The notes beneath the pieces were generated by a model, which made no database searches, had not been told where the DNA came from, and saw only the letters and a program-made list of their open reading frames with translations. From Schizochytrium sp. TIO01 (taxonomy: Eukaryota > Protista > Bigyra: Labyrinthulomycetes), in contig SMSO01000010.1 in assembly GCA_004764695.1 (NCBI GenBank), positions 61,454-125,453 of the forward strand: DNA of 64,000 nucleotides. The letters are read 5' to 3'. This document shows, in pieces, positions 1 to 11,701 of this stretch. A program made the translations under genes and the position numbers. Numbering within the stretch: position 1 is the stretch's first letter; every line of letters starts with the position of its first letter.

Positions 1-1120
1 ACTTCTCCCCAATATCAGCTTGCTCGGAAGTTCAGTCTGCAATGCGATGCCCCAATGAATGCCAATTTTGCAATGCCAGAGCGCTTCGAGAACTCTTCGT
101 TGCAACAGAAGCCAGCATCTTTCTAGGTAGGACGCCCCACCCTTTGCTTATCTACAGTAAGCAGCGTAAAGAGAAGTCTCCTGTATGAAGCACTATAGAC
201 ATCACCTCGCAATCCGGAATTTCGGACGCCCTTGAGCGACCGCTCTTTTGGTTGGTTCTTGGTTCTTTGTCATCGATGTGCTTAATTAATTAAGCCCCCC
301 CCCCCGCCCCCAAAGGCACTGGCATCCAGCAATCTGTACTCTAATAAGGACTACGCGTGCTGCAAATGACGCTCCAACGTTGCAACTGCCAAGCGCCGTA
401 TACGGACTGCACAGGTGCTAAGATTGCTATGCTCTGGTCCTCAGCGCACCTTTTAGTTCAAGGTTCTGCGACTTCTGTGCTCTAATTGAAGGCCATCAAC
501 AACAAATCAAATCAAATCAAATCAGATCATAGGGCAGGAACTATGGCTAGTGCTGGCTAGCCAGATGCTACTGACTGGTGCGTGCTCTGGAGAAGGCCCG
601 TCGCACTTTTCGTTCCGTAGCCATTCCTAGGCGGTTCTAAGAAGCCCATCTCTTATTGGAATCGAGAATGAGCGAATGAGCGAATGTGCGAAGGATTAGA
701 GTAGAGTACCTCTAGCTACTACTACTAGAGCTCGTAGCCAGCGGAGAGGTCGAGAAGTCGCTCACCTCCAAAATATGCGAGGAGTTATCTACGCGGCGAC
801 TGACAGAGCTTCGGTGCACGTGATTGAGTGGAATGTTCTTCTGCCGCGCTGGACAGTCAGTCCGCGATTTCTTTCATGCACGTACGCTGTTTTACAGCGT
901 TTCCGCAGTGCTTTTCGTCATGAGAGCAGCGCGGCGAGAAGCGAGCACGCACATTTTAAGCCTCCCTTTTTCTTCCTTTCTTCCTTTCTTCCTTCTCTCT
1001 TTTAAGTTTGCACTTCTGCTAAGAACCCCATAACAGTGCGTACAAGTCAAACTTGGTAGAGATGAAAGAAAGTCATCACAAAGTCGAACCAGATAGCGCC
1101 ACACTTATCTGCTTATACGT

Positions 1121-1200
1121 GTATGTATGTATGTATGTATGTATGTATGTATGTATGTATGTATGTATGTATGTATGTATGTATGTATGTATGTATGTAT
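1121..1200. repeat. (GTAT)20 microsatellite
   Basis: Direct read. Confidence 0.95.
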
Positions 1201-1323
1201 ATATTTATATTGGTTACTGTCATGATTGCCCTCACTCACTTGGTGCTTTGGAGACCTTCCTATTCGAAGGTCCCCCAAGAAGGCGAAACTCCTTCTGGTC
1301 TTCCTCCAGACATGCTTCTGTGA

Positions 1324-1433
1324 ATTGAGTTGTTGAAGATTGAGTTGTTGAAGATTGAATTGAAGATTGAATTGAAGACTGAATTGAAGACTGAATTGAA
1401 GACTGAATTAAAGGTTGAGGTGAAGATTGAATT
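1324..1433. repeat. 12/15-bp minisatellite (TGAATTGAAGAY / TGAGTTGTTGAAGAT)
   Basis: Direct read. Confidence 0.85.
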
Positions 1434-2228
1434 TAATTCAAACGAAGCCGAGCTCTCGCCTCGTATCCGCTATCTATCGAACTCACCATCTATCTATCCA
1501 CTGTCCATCGAGCTATCTATCAGTCAGAACTCCAGAAGCCAGCCAGCCAGCCAGCCACCCACCCGTCGCTCTTTTTCGTTCTTTCTCTCTTGGTCTCTTT
1601 TGGCTTTTATGCGAAAAGAGAAGCGGTGTTTTAGAATTCATGTCTTCGTCAAACAACACCAATTAGCTTAAAAGTTATTATATTTTACAAAATCAACAGC
1701 ACAAAATTAGTTTAAAGAACGAAGAAGAAGACGAAGCAGGAATCGCAAAAACACGAGCATTAGAGACAAGAAAAGATCGCAGAAGCTATCATATTCATCG
1801 ATAACGCTGACCGCAAATCGGCGTTGGGTCTTACTCTCTGACTATGTGCGAGTTCGCTTGAAAGATAGCCGCACTTTCGATACGGGGCTAAGTGCGCGGG
1901 TCGGTCCCTTTAGTCCACTCGCTAGCTAGCAGACGGTTTTCTTTAAAAGCTTGGCGGGAACCTGCTCCAGTCTTCAAGTCCTTCGGGTCTCGAGACTCCC
2001 TCCCTCTCTTCAGAGAATTTGATTCGCCTCTCGGGTCTCCCTCCGTCAGCAGGTCTTGCACGTATTCACGATTGATAGTTCGGGTGCTGGTTTCGAGCGA
2101 AGGCTGCGCTACCGCCCAGAGAGAGCTACAGCTATTGATCATCTCTCACCCAGAGCGATTTGATTGACTATGACCCGTGGATTCTCCTGTTCCACAAAAT
2201 CACAGTTGCCTGATCGAAGATTTCATTT

Positions 2229-2287
2229 TAATAAATAAATGAATAAATGAATAAATAAATAAATAAATAAATAAATGAATAAATGAA

Positions 2288-2334
<47 letters not shown>
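2229..2334. repeat. (AAAT/GAAT)n microsatellite
   Basis: Direct read. Confidence 0.95.
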
Positions 2335-3199
2335 AATTATTTTTAGGATATGTATGAAAACTTTTATTTATTTATTTATTTTAAAGTTAGAGATATAGTG
2401 ATGGATAAGTAAACATTGACGATCAGGGAAAAGAGAGGAGGGCTAAAAACGAAGCCGTGGGCTCCGAAATAACCTGCTGCTCGCCCGACAAGGACCGCGA
2501 CTTCTTGGTCTCTACGGCGCAGAAGAGAGAAAGACATAACGAGAGAAAAGGGAGAAAGCCTCAGTTGAAGCTACCGTGCTACAGCACCTTTGCCAGCCAG
2601 CTGACCAGCTCAGTGGGAACCTGCCACGAAGAGAAGCAAAAGAAGCCGTCCAAGCACGGCATTTCGCATTGTAGTCACGGCTTTGCTCCATACATATATA
2701 TACACATATCCTTCGAGGTATTTCATTTACATTTACATTTACATTTACATTTACATATATATGTATACATTTTCTTCTTCTTCTCAACTTATTGAAAATT
2801 GATTAAAACATAAACATAAATAAACAAATATATGAAGCATTTAGTTTTTACTTGAAAAAGAAAAAGAAGGAAGGCAGGGTAGAAAGAATGATGAGATCCC
2901 GACGGTGACCTATAGAAAAAGGGAGAGGAATTACAGACGGAACTTGCTCAGGAACGGATGGTCGATCGCATGGGCGGTTGGCTGGCGAGTTGAAGTGACG
3001 CATCGCGAAAAGTGCATGCGCGCCACATGCCTCTGAGTCCCTCCAAGTCTCAGACTCAGCCGGACTCGAGGCCGCCACGAGCACCCCTAATCAGAACGGG
3101 TACCCACCCCATCCGTCCGTCTGTCTGTAAACAGGAGGAAGCGCAGAGCGTTGATGGCTTCAGATTGCGCTGCGTTTTTCGCAAATTCGCCGTCTTTTT

Positions 3200-3206
3200 G
3201 ACTGAC

Positions 3207-3245
<39 letters not shown>

Positions 3246-3465
3246 CTGATTGATAGATTGATTGAATTATTGACTGAATTCTTGAATGATTGAAAATGAA
3301 TGATTGAATGAATGATTGAATGAATGAATGAATGAGAGGCCTTTAGTGACTCATTCATTCATTCATTCATTCATTCATGCATTCATTCATTCATTCATTC
3401 ATTTTCAATCATTCATTCAATCATTCATTCATTCATTCATTCATTCATGCATTCATGCATTCATT
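3200..3465. repeat. Compound (GATT)n-(GAAT)n / (ATTC)n microsatellite in inverted orientation
   Basis: Direct read; arms 3283-3336 and 3350-3415 are near reverse complements. Confidence 0.9.
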
Positions 3466-4139
3466 TGCTACTTAATCAATCCTCATCTGCGAACTCAACT
3501 TCAAACAATTTTCTCTTTGGATCATGGTCTTTACATAATTTGTTTTAAAATAGTTTATAAAAAAACAAACAAAACCAAAAAGGGCAAAACAAGCAGAGAT
3601 AGATAACCCGATTAACAGAAGGAGACAGCGGAAGTTCATTCCAAAAGTGAAGGTCTCGGTCTCTGAGCGACTTTGGAACTTGTCCGCTCCATGGCCTGGC
3701 TCCAAGAATCAACAAACAGCTCTTATGAGAGACTCAGAGTGATCCACGGTTCATGCAAAGCCCATGGCTCTTGTTGATTCGTGCTTCGCCTGCTCATGCT
3801 CAAGCAGACAGACCCTGCTCCGCTGCTACTGTCATGAGGAAGAAGGCTTCATTGCTAAGCTAGCTATAGCTAAGGTAGGTACGCACTCTTCGCTTCGTGG
3901 AATAAATCAATTCAATCTTCGTTCATCCTATACTTCGTCTGTTTCTCCAAGCAGAGGAAGCTCAGCTCGAGTCGGGCTGGAGAGAGCCAAGCCAAATGCA
4001 AGCAAGCGCAAGGGTGAGAAAACGATGCAAACATGCAGTATGCGTTGGCTACGATGGTGCCGACTCCAAGGTAGTTAATCTAAACCATCTTCGCCAAGAT
4101 AAGATAGCTCAGCGAAGTAGCAGTTCACGACTCGAGTGC

Positions 4140-4282
4140 TTGTTTGTTTGTTTATTTGTTTATTTGTTTGTTTGTTTGTTTGTTTATTTGTTTGATTGTT
4201 TGTTTAGTTGTTTAGTTGTTTATTTGTTTGATTGTTTGTTTGTTTGTTCGGTTGTTTGATTGTTTGATTGTTTGTTTGTTTG
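4140..4282. repeat. Degenerate (TTTG)n microsatellite
   Basis: Direct read. Confidence 0.9.
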
Positions 4283-6038
4283 CTTTTTTTGGTCTATTCG
4301 TCTTTTTGTCTATTTGTCTCATTTGCATAAGCGCACAGGTAATCAATTCCGTCCATCCACATATCTCGTGAAGCCTCCTAGCCAATAGCTTAGTAGTTTC
4401 TAGCTAGGCAGACAGGCACAGAAAAGAGAGACACAGTCAGTCAGTCAGTCAGTCAGTCAGTAGCCTTCTGCCTTTCTACTAGTAGCTAGCTATTGCCTGA
4501 TAGGACCGTTCGCTCTTTCTTTCTGTTATCGAAGTGGGCTCTTCTTCCACTGTTCTTCAAGTTCTTCTTGAGCGTGCATTAGGTCGCGAGGAGCGTGCCA
4601 GAAGACCGCTCTTCACGGCCAGCTAGCCAGCAAGCCGGGTCGCCTCTTCGTCCCTCGCCTCGTGGCCAGCGCTCTTTCTTGGCCCCTTCGCTGGACTAAA
4701 CTAACCAGCCCATCCACCAAATGAGTCAGTCAGTCAATCAATCAATCAATCAATCAATCAATTAATCAATCAATTGACCGTCATAGAAGATACCAACGCA
4801 ATGGTGTTCCATCTGTATCTTCTTCTTTGAATGTATCCGCGCGACTATTCTAGCTAGTCTGGCAGGCATTAGCAGCATCAGTAGCGCTCTATAGGCGCGG
4901 TGGGTTTTTAAATTAATTGTGCGAGCGATGCTGTTGGGCGATACAGTGGCACGTCGTGTGCGCAGACAGTTGGAACGACTGGAACGGTCACTCTGTCTGT
5001 CAGTCGCTTAGTCAGCGGCCAAACCGACAGACCCCATTGAACCAGAACACCCTTGGAACAGCTGGGTACCTAGGTAGTTAGGTATGTATGTGCTAAGGGA
5101 ATGTTCGAGTTGTGATAGCCACAGGTTAGTTAGCAATGTCCTACGCTCTGGTAGGGGTCTCACAGAACTGCGATAGATTTTAAAAATATTACTTTAAACA
5201 AACAAATCTTAAGTAAAAGAAGTAAAGTTAAAGAAATAAACTAAAGAAGTAAAGTATTTCATTTTATTTTAAATTAAAATAAACAAATAAATGAAAATAT
5301 AGAAAATGAAACTCTAAGAAAGATATCATCCATCGCATGATGGGTTGCGGAGACATTCAAGAATGAATTGCATGCTATCCAAGGTAGATTTGGAGATTCG
5401 GGGAGTCGATGGTGATTCGCTTTCCGACGATGCATGCGCCACGAGCTGTAAGACTCGCCTCGAGGGGGAGTCGGTTTGCACGAAACGGGCGTTGCCGTAA
5501 GTACGCAATGCGAGGTACTGTTTCTTCTGTCTGTAACCCCACCATCAAATCTACAATCACTGTGGAGCTGCAGCTCGCTCATAAACTAACTAGCTAACTC
5601 ACTCACCGCCTACCAAGCTGGTGCCTGGCCATTCACAAAAGTACCTAAAAAATAAGTCACGATCGGGGATCAGCATTGCGTAAGTAAGAAAGTATGCAGG
5701 TAACAAACAACAAGTCTTCAAGACCAAAGCTAAGTCAAAAGCGCCGCGTACGCGGTGACATCCTTTCCGTTAGCTGCTTCCATTTTCTGTCAGCGGCTGC
5801 CCTCCTCTGAGGACACAACTTCAACCAGGTTTGCTCTGCCCTGCTTCAATCCCATGTCCGCATGCATTTTAGCATTACACGGATGCATTGGTGCAGTCGC
5901 TCGAACTACCTTCGTTCTTTCCTTTGGCTTCTTCTTCTCCTTTCCGCTGCCGCTCGATCGCTTCATTGCTTAGTTTAATCCCTTGGTCCCTGCCATCTCG
6001 TGTTCATCCATGCATTTCCGCGACGGCATCGTCCGCCC

Positions 6039-6115
6039 CAATGAGATCCCAAATCAAATGAGAAATGAGATCCCAATCAAATGAGATCCCAATCAAATGA
6101 GATCCCAATCAAATC
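6039..6115. repeat. 16-bp minisatellite AAATGAGATCCCAATC, ~4 copies
   Basis: Direct read. Confidence 0.85.
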
Positions 6116-7242
6116 TTCCTCGGGTTCTCCGCGGCTGCAAATTCCCAAAATTCGCAAGTGAGATCAAAATCAATCCGCATCCAAGCAGGCAAGCGAACAC
6201 GCGAGGAGGACCCGCTTCGGGCAGTCGCGTCGGTCCTCTCCGCGTCGCATTTATGACTTTGTTTGGTTCTGCGCAGATTTGGACGGATGCGTTGGTGAAC
6301 GAGTGAATGGATGAATGAATGAATTTAAGATGAATGGATGCCGAAGCAGCGCATTCGTTATCGCATTACATTGGATAAATAGTTAATTCGAGGGAACCCA
6401 GGCAAGCAAGCAAGCAAGCAAGCAAGCGAGGACTGCCTCGATCGAGTCCACCCCCTCCGTCCGCTACCGCCGCGTCCGTGCAGCTGCTGGTCGGTCCTCC
6501 TCTCCGTGCGTCCTTCTGCGATGCTTGCGCTGGTCTGTCTGGGCTGGCGGCCTCTCTGGTCCGCAGAATGTCAAAGTCGCAGGACAGAACAAGGTCCTTG
6601 AGAGAGAACGCTCAGCTCAATTAAGAGCGACACAGCGGATACAGAAGAGATCATAAACACATGAATACATGAATACATGAATCAATCGATAAAATACATG
6701 GATACATGGATACGTAAACACGACAGAGGTTCGTTCCTCTTCACGTACTACACGGACACAACGAAAGGAGGACGGAGAGCGGAGTTTCTCACGCTCTGTT
6801 TCACGCTCTTCGAAGCCCCACACTGATTCTTTATGCTTTTAGTTGATTGATTGATTGATTAATTTATTATTAAAGTAAGTAATTTGTAATTTGTTTGTTT
6901 TGGTTCTTATTTCTTTAGTGAAAGGAAAGCGAAGAAGAGAAGAATGATGCAATGGAGAGCAAAACACGGCGATTGCGCAGAAAGAGCGACGGCGAGACCT
7001 CGAGCACGCATGGTTCAGGGCCGGGCGAAGGACTGGCTGGCCGGCTGGCCACCGCTGCTGCTCGGCTGTGGCAGCGACCGTGACGGACAGTGCACGCTCG
7101 TTCGCCGCCACGACTTGGATTCTCGAACGCCGCAGAGAGAGAGAGAGGGAGATGATGAAGATACATATACATACATACATACATATATATATATTCGCCC
7201 AAGGGTTCTGATTTTTATTCTTTTCATGACTAAAACGTTTTT

Positions 7243-7317
7243 ATTGAATTGAATTGAATTGAATTGAATTGAATTGAATTGAATTGAATTGAATTGAATT
7301 GAATTGAATTGAATTGA
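7243..7317. repeat. (ATTGA)15 pentanucleotide repeat
   Basis: Direct read. Confidence 0.95.
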
Positions 7318-7577
7318 ATAAAATACTGATATTGATAATGAAATCTATGTGTGATAAAACTTGAAAGAGGTCAGGAGATTGGAGACTATATAGTAGTAGA
7401 AAGGAGGCTTTGGGGTTTCGGATTGCGAAGGCAGCCTACTAGGAGATTGTTATGGGGCAGTTAGCGAAAACCGAGCTTGGAGGCAATATGCACGGTGCAT
7501 CTCATGCTCTGACTAAAAGGAGATTCGGAAACTCGGAAGTCTTCTTAAGTCTTTTTCCCCCTTTTCCTTCCTTCCTC

Positions 7578-7614
<37 letters not shown>

Positions 7615-8884
7615 CTCGTTCTTTTTCTCTCGTTCTTTTTTTCTTTTGAATGGACAAAATCGTGAAATTATCTTGAGCAAGATAACCAACCCCATTCGTC
7701 AATATACGAGGCACCTGCGCCTGCCTGGTTGCTTTTGTTAGGTCGGCAGTTGCGTCTCCTCTCTTGAACCCATCGATACGCGTGGCGTTTTCCTTCGTCC
7801 ATTGCGCTGTCGCAGAGGAACACAACGAACTCTGGAAGAATTGGGACTCCGACTGGTCATAGGTTTCATCTCCTGAGGAGGTCCTGCTCCGTTTTCTGGA
7901 AAGAGATGAAAAGAGGGGCTTAATACAAATTTATCTTATTAAATAAAAAGAACTCAATTTCACTCGAGATAGTAAAAACCTTCTGCTTGAAAAGTAGAGA
8001 GATAATAAGAGATAGGTGCTACTTCCCATGGCGTGACTAAGGAGGCAGGTACAACTTTGTTTTCCTCTGAAAGTAAAAAAGTCAGGTAAAGAGCAAAGGC
8101 AGAGAGAAGAGAGACTTGGAGCAAAGGAAAAGGAAAAGGAAAAGGAAACAACAAACTTGAAGGAAGGAGAATGTTCACTAGAAGACCCTTTTTTGCGGGA
8201 TGCCGCAAAGTTACATTTTGCGTTCGTCAATATATCCAGCAGATAAAACATCGAGAAAAGAGAAGAAGCCGTCTTAGACATCTATCTATTTATTTATCCA
8301 TCTCTTTATCCTTCGACTTGTTCGCTCATTCATTATGGCTAAGCGGGCTCGAAAAGAGCGCGAATACTTTCAGGTCAGGGCTCGGAGATTATAGCGTCAG
8401 CGAGACTCTCTCGAGTGGAGAAAAGAGCGACTTTGGGCCATCTCTTGCTTGCTAACTAACTAACTGACTGACTGACTGACTGACTGACTGACTAACCAAA
8501 CTGCGCCACCATTCCTTTGCAGAGTAGGGTTTGAGACAGCTGCCACGGGGACGTCTGCTTAGACTGGCTAGCGAGCCTCGTAAGAAAGTAGAGGAACTCG
8601 CCTGCTCCGTTGGTCTCTCTTTGTCTCCAGAAAAGTTTGTGTTCCTTGTCATGACAACAGAGGGAAAGAGAAAGAAAGAGCGAATTTGTGGTTCGAAAAT
8701 TTTCAAGTGGCTTCATTTTTCAGAAAAAAGAAGTCAGAGGAGCGTTCCTTTTATTTTATTTCGAAATTTATTAATTAGTGAATTTATTTATTTATTTATT
8801 TATTTATTTTTTTGAAAGAGGAAAAGAAAAGAAGGGTTTTATTTAAATACTAAAAGAAAAAGAAGAAGAAAAAAGAAACTGAAT

Positions 8885-9070
8885 GTATGGAAAGAAGAAG
8901 CGGAAAGAAAAAAGAAATTTTTATCTTAGTTGACTGGGAGCAAGTTGGGGATCGGCAAACCATCCGAAGCAAATCCAGATCCAAACCCAAAACAAAGTCG
9001 TCCCGACAAACCCAAAACAAACACACAAACCAGACAGAAGAAGCAGTGGACGATTGCTGTATTCTGATAG
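8885..9070 (+). other. Candidate 5'UTR intron of paralog A (GTATG...TAG)
   Basis: AT|GTATG donor and TAG|CC acceptor 9 nt before the ATG; same arrangement before paralog B. No transcript data. Confidence 0.3.
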
Positions 9071-9079
9071 CCCATCGAC

Positions 9080-11701
9080 ATGCTCGAGGGTCGATTCGTG
9101 GCACTTGCCACGCTCCTCTGCGTGCTTGTCTCTAGTGCGACAGCCGCAACAACCAACATCTCTTCATGCATCTTCGATGTTGTTCTCGTCTTTGACCAGT
9201 CTGGAGACCAGGCATACATTGAGGAGCAGCAGGAGACCGCTCGCTCGCTCATCGACTACTTCAACATTGGCGTCGAGTCTTACAATGACCACTTTGGTGC
9301 GATCACCTTCGACAGTGCCATCTACAACGAGGAGGATCTCATGCAGCTGGCTGACAGGAACGAGACTGTGACCTACATTGATGCTATCAACCAGAGCAAC
9401 AGCTCCGACACTAACCTTTACCTTGCCCTCAACAAGTCCACCGAGATGATGCTCGATGCTCGTGACAACGTCACCAAGCTCATTATCGTCTTCGGTGATG
9501 GCAACAACTACGTATCTGTTGAGAACGAGACCACTGTCTACCAGTACTGCACTAACGCTACCACTGAGCTTTCTTGCCTCACCGAGATCGTCAGCAACGC
9601 TAAGACCACCAACGATGTCAACGTTCTCTACGCCCCCACCTCCAACTCCTCGAGCAACGTTTTCGAGGAGAGCCCTCTCTCAAGCTACGTGATTGACGCT
9701 GATGTCTACATTTCTCACATTCAGGAGCAGTGCAACAGCTCCAGCTCCAGCTCTAGCTCTGGATCTGGATCTGGTTCTGGCACTATTTCTGGCGGATCTT
9801 CTTCTGCTAGCGAGAACGGCACCTCTTCCCCCACTAAGAAGCCCACCAAGAAGCCCTCCACTGGTTCTTCTTCTAGCAACAGCTCTGGTGATTCCCCCAC
9901 TGCTGCCCCGACCAAGAAGCCCACCTCTGGTTCTTCTTCTTCTAGCAACAGCTCTGGCGATTCTCCCACTGCTGCCCCGACCAAGAAGCCCACCTCTGGT
10001 TCTTCTTCTTCTAGCAACAGCTCTGGCGATTCTCCCACTGCTGCCCCGACCAAGAAGCCCACCTCTGGTTCTTCTTCTTCTAGCAACAGCTCTGGCGATT
10101 CTCCCACTGCTGCCCCGACCAAGAAGCCCACCTCTGGTTCTTCTTCTTCTAGCAACAGCTCTGGTGATTCTCCCACTGCTGCCCCGACCAAGAAGCCTAC
10201 CTCTGGTTCTACTTCTTCTAGCTCCACTTCTGCCCCGACCAAGAAGCCTACCTCTGGTTCTACTTCTTCTAGCTCCACTTCTGCCCCTACTGTCAAGCCC
10301 ACCAAGAAGCCTACCTCTAGTTCTTCCTCCAGCTCTAACTCTTCCCCCACGTCTGCTCCGACTAAGAAGCCCACCTCCAGCACTAGCTCTGGTACTGGCG
10401 ACTGTGTGAGCAGCAGCAACGGCAGTGGCAGCAGCATTAGCTGCACCGGTGACAGCGGTTCCTCTTCCTCTAGCTCTTCTAGCTCTGGCAGCGGCTCCTC
10501 TTCTTCTTCTTCTAGCTCTAGCGGTGGTTCTTCTTCGTCCTCCAGCTCTGGCACTACCCCTTCCCCCACCAAGAAGCCCACCTCTGGTTCCTCTTCTAGC
10601 TCCGGGTCCACTCCTTCCCCGACCTCGAAGCCCACCAAGAAGCCCACCTCTAGTTCCTCCTCCAGCTCTAACTCTTCGCCTACGTCTGCCCCAACCAAGA
10701 AGCCCACCTCTAGCTCTAGCTCTGGCACTGGCGACTGTGTAGGCACCAGCAACGGCAGCAGCAGCAGCATTAGCTGCACCGGTGACAGCGGCTCCTCTTC
10801 CTCCAGCTCTTCTAGCTCTGGCAGTGGCTCCTCTTCTTCTTCTGAGAGCTCTAGCGGCGACTCTTCTTCATCCTCTAGCTCTGGTTCTTCGCCCACCGCC
10901 AAGCCCACCAAGAAGCCTACTTCTGGTTCTTCTTCTAGCTCCAGCTCCACTTCTGCCCCGACCAAGAAGCCCACCTCCAGTTCCTCCTCGAGCTCCAGCT
11001 CTGGATCTAGCAGCTCCTCCAGCTCCAGCTCCAGCTCCAGCTCCAGCTCCAGCTCCTCAAGCTCCAGCTCTAGCTCTGGCAGCTCTTCCAGCTCCAGCTC
11101 TGGTTCTTCCCCTACTGCTTCCCCGACCAAGAAGCCTACCTCGAGCTCTAGCTCTTCCAGCTCTGGATCCAGCAGCTCCTCTAGCTCCAGCTCCTCTAGC
11201 TCCAGCTCTTCCAGCAGCTCTAGCAGCTCCAGCTCCAGCTCTTCCAGCAGCTCTAGCAGCTCCAGCTCTGGTTCTTCGCCCACCGCCAAGCCCACCAAGA
11301 AGCCCACCTCCTCCAGCAGCTCCGGCTCTGATTCTTCCAGCTCCTCCAGCTCTAGCTCTTCTAGCAGCAGCAGCAGCTCCTCCAGCTCCAGCTCCTCCAG
11401 CTCTTCTAGCAGCAGCTCCTCAAACTCTAGCTCTGGTTCTGGCTCTGGTTCTAGCTCTAGCTCAAACAGCTCTTCTAGTTCTTCCAGCAGCTCCAGCTCC
11501 AGCTCCTCTAGCTCTAGCTCCAGCTCCTCCAACAGCTCCTCCAACTCCAACTCTGGCTCTGGCTCCAGCTCTTCCAGCTCCTCCAGCTCTAGTTCTTCTA
11601 GCTCTTCTTCTAGTTCTTCTAGCTCCTCAAGCTCGTCCAGTTCCTCCAGCTCTTCTAGCTCGGACTCTGGCGACCGCCGTGCCCTCCGCGGAATGCTCTA
11701 A
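9080..11701 (+). CDS. Secreted VWA-domain, Ser/Thr/Pro-rich mucin-like extracellular protein (873 aa), paralog A
   Basis: Single ATG ORF with strong codon bias. Hydrophobic signal peptide MLEGRFVALATLLCVLVSSATA. VWA motifs DVVLVFDQSG, FGAITF, TNLYLAL, KLIIVFGDG (~9167-9733, flanked by Cys). PTKKPT repeats and poly-Ser follow; ends RRALRGML with no TM or GPI-type hydrophobic tail. Confidence 0.9.
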   Translation: MLEGRFVALATLLCVLVSSATAATTNISSCIFDVVLVFDQSGDQAYIEEQQETARSLIDYFNIGVESYNDHFGAITFDSAIYNEEDLMQLADRNETVTYIDAINQSNSSDTNLYLALNKSTEMMLDARDNVTKLIIVFGDGNNYVSVENETTVYQYCTNATTELSCLTEIVSNAKTTNDVNVLYAPTSNSSSNVFEESPLSSYVIDADVYISHIQEQCNSSSSSSSSGSGSGSGTISGGSSSASENGTSSPTKKPTKKPSTGSSSSNSSGDSPTAAPTKKPTSGSSSSSNSSGDSPTAAPTKKPTSGSSSSSNSSGDSPTAAPTKKPTSGSSSSSNSSGDSPTAAPTKKPTSGSSSSSNSSGDSPTAAPTKKPTSGSTSSSSTSAPTKKPTSGSTSSSSTSAPTVKPTKKPTSSSSSSSNSSPTSAPTKKPTSSTSSGTGDCVSSSNGSGSSISCTGDSGSSSSSSSSSGSGSSSSSSSSSGGSSSSSSSGTTPSPTKKPTSGSSSSSGSTPSPTSKPTKKPTSSSSSSSNSSPTSAPTKKPTSSSSSGTGDCVGTSNGSSSSISCTGDSGSSSSSSSSSGSGSSSSSESSSGDSSSSSSSGSSPTAKPTKKPTSGSSSSSSSTSAPTKKPTSSSSSSSSSGSSSSSSSSSSSSSSSSSSSSSSSSGSSSSSSSGSSPTASPTKKPTSSSSSSSSGSSSSSSSSSSSSSSSSSSSSSSSSSSSSSSSSSSGSSPTAKPTKKPTSSSSSGSDSSSSSSSSSSSSSSSSSSSSSSSSSSSSSSNSSSGSGSGSSSSSNSSSSSSSSSSSSSSSSSSSSSNSSSNSNSGSGSSSSSSSSSSSSSSSSSSSSSSSSSSSSSSSSSDSGDRRALRGML
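9874..10215 (+). repeat. Coding minisatellite, 69-bp (23-aa) unit x5: SNSSGDSPTAAPTKKPTSGSSSS
   Basis: tagcaacagctctgg recurs at 9874, 9943, 10012, 10081, 10150. Confidence 0.9.

Noticed and set aside
9721-11550. 609-aa Glu/Leu-rich antisense ORF (also 44904-46706 and 41694-44897 fragments)
   Set aside because: Shadow of the sense repeat. Stops in this antisense frame need sense Tyr/His/Gln codons, which the stalks nearly lack; it breaks where Gln/His occur.
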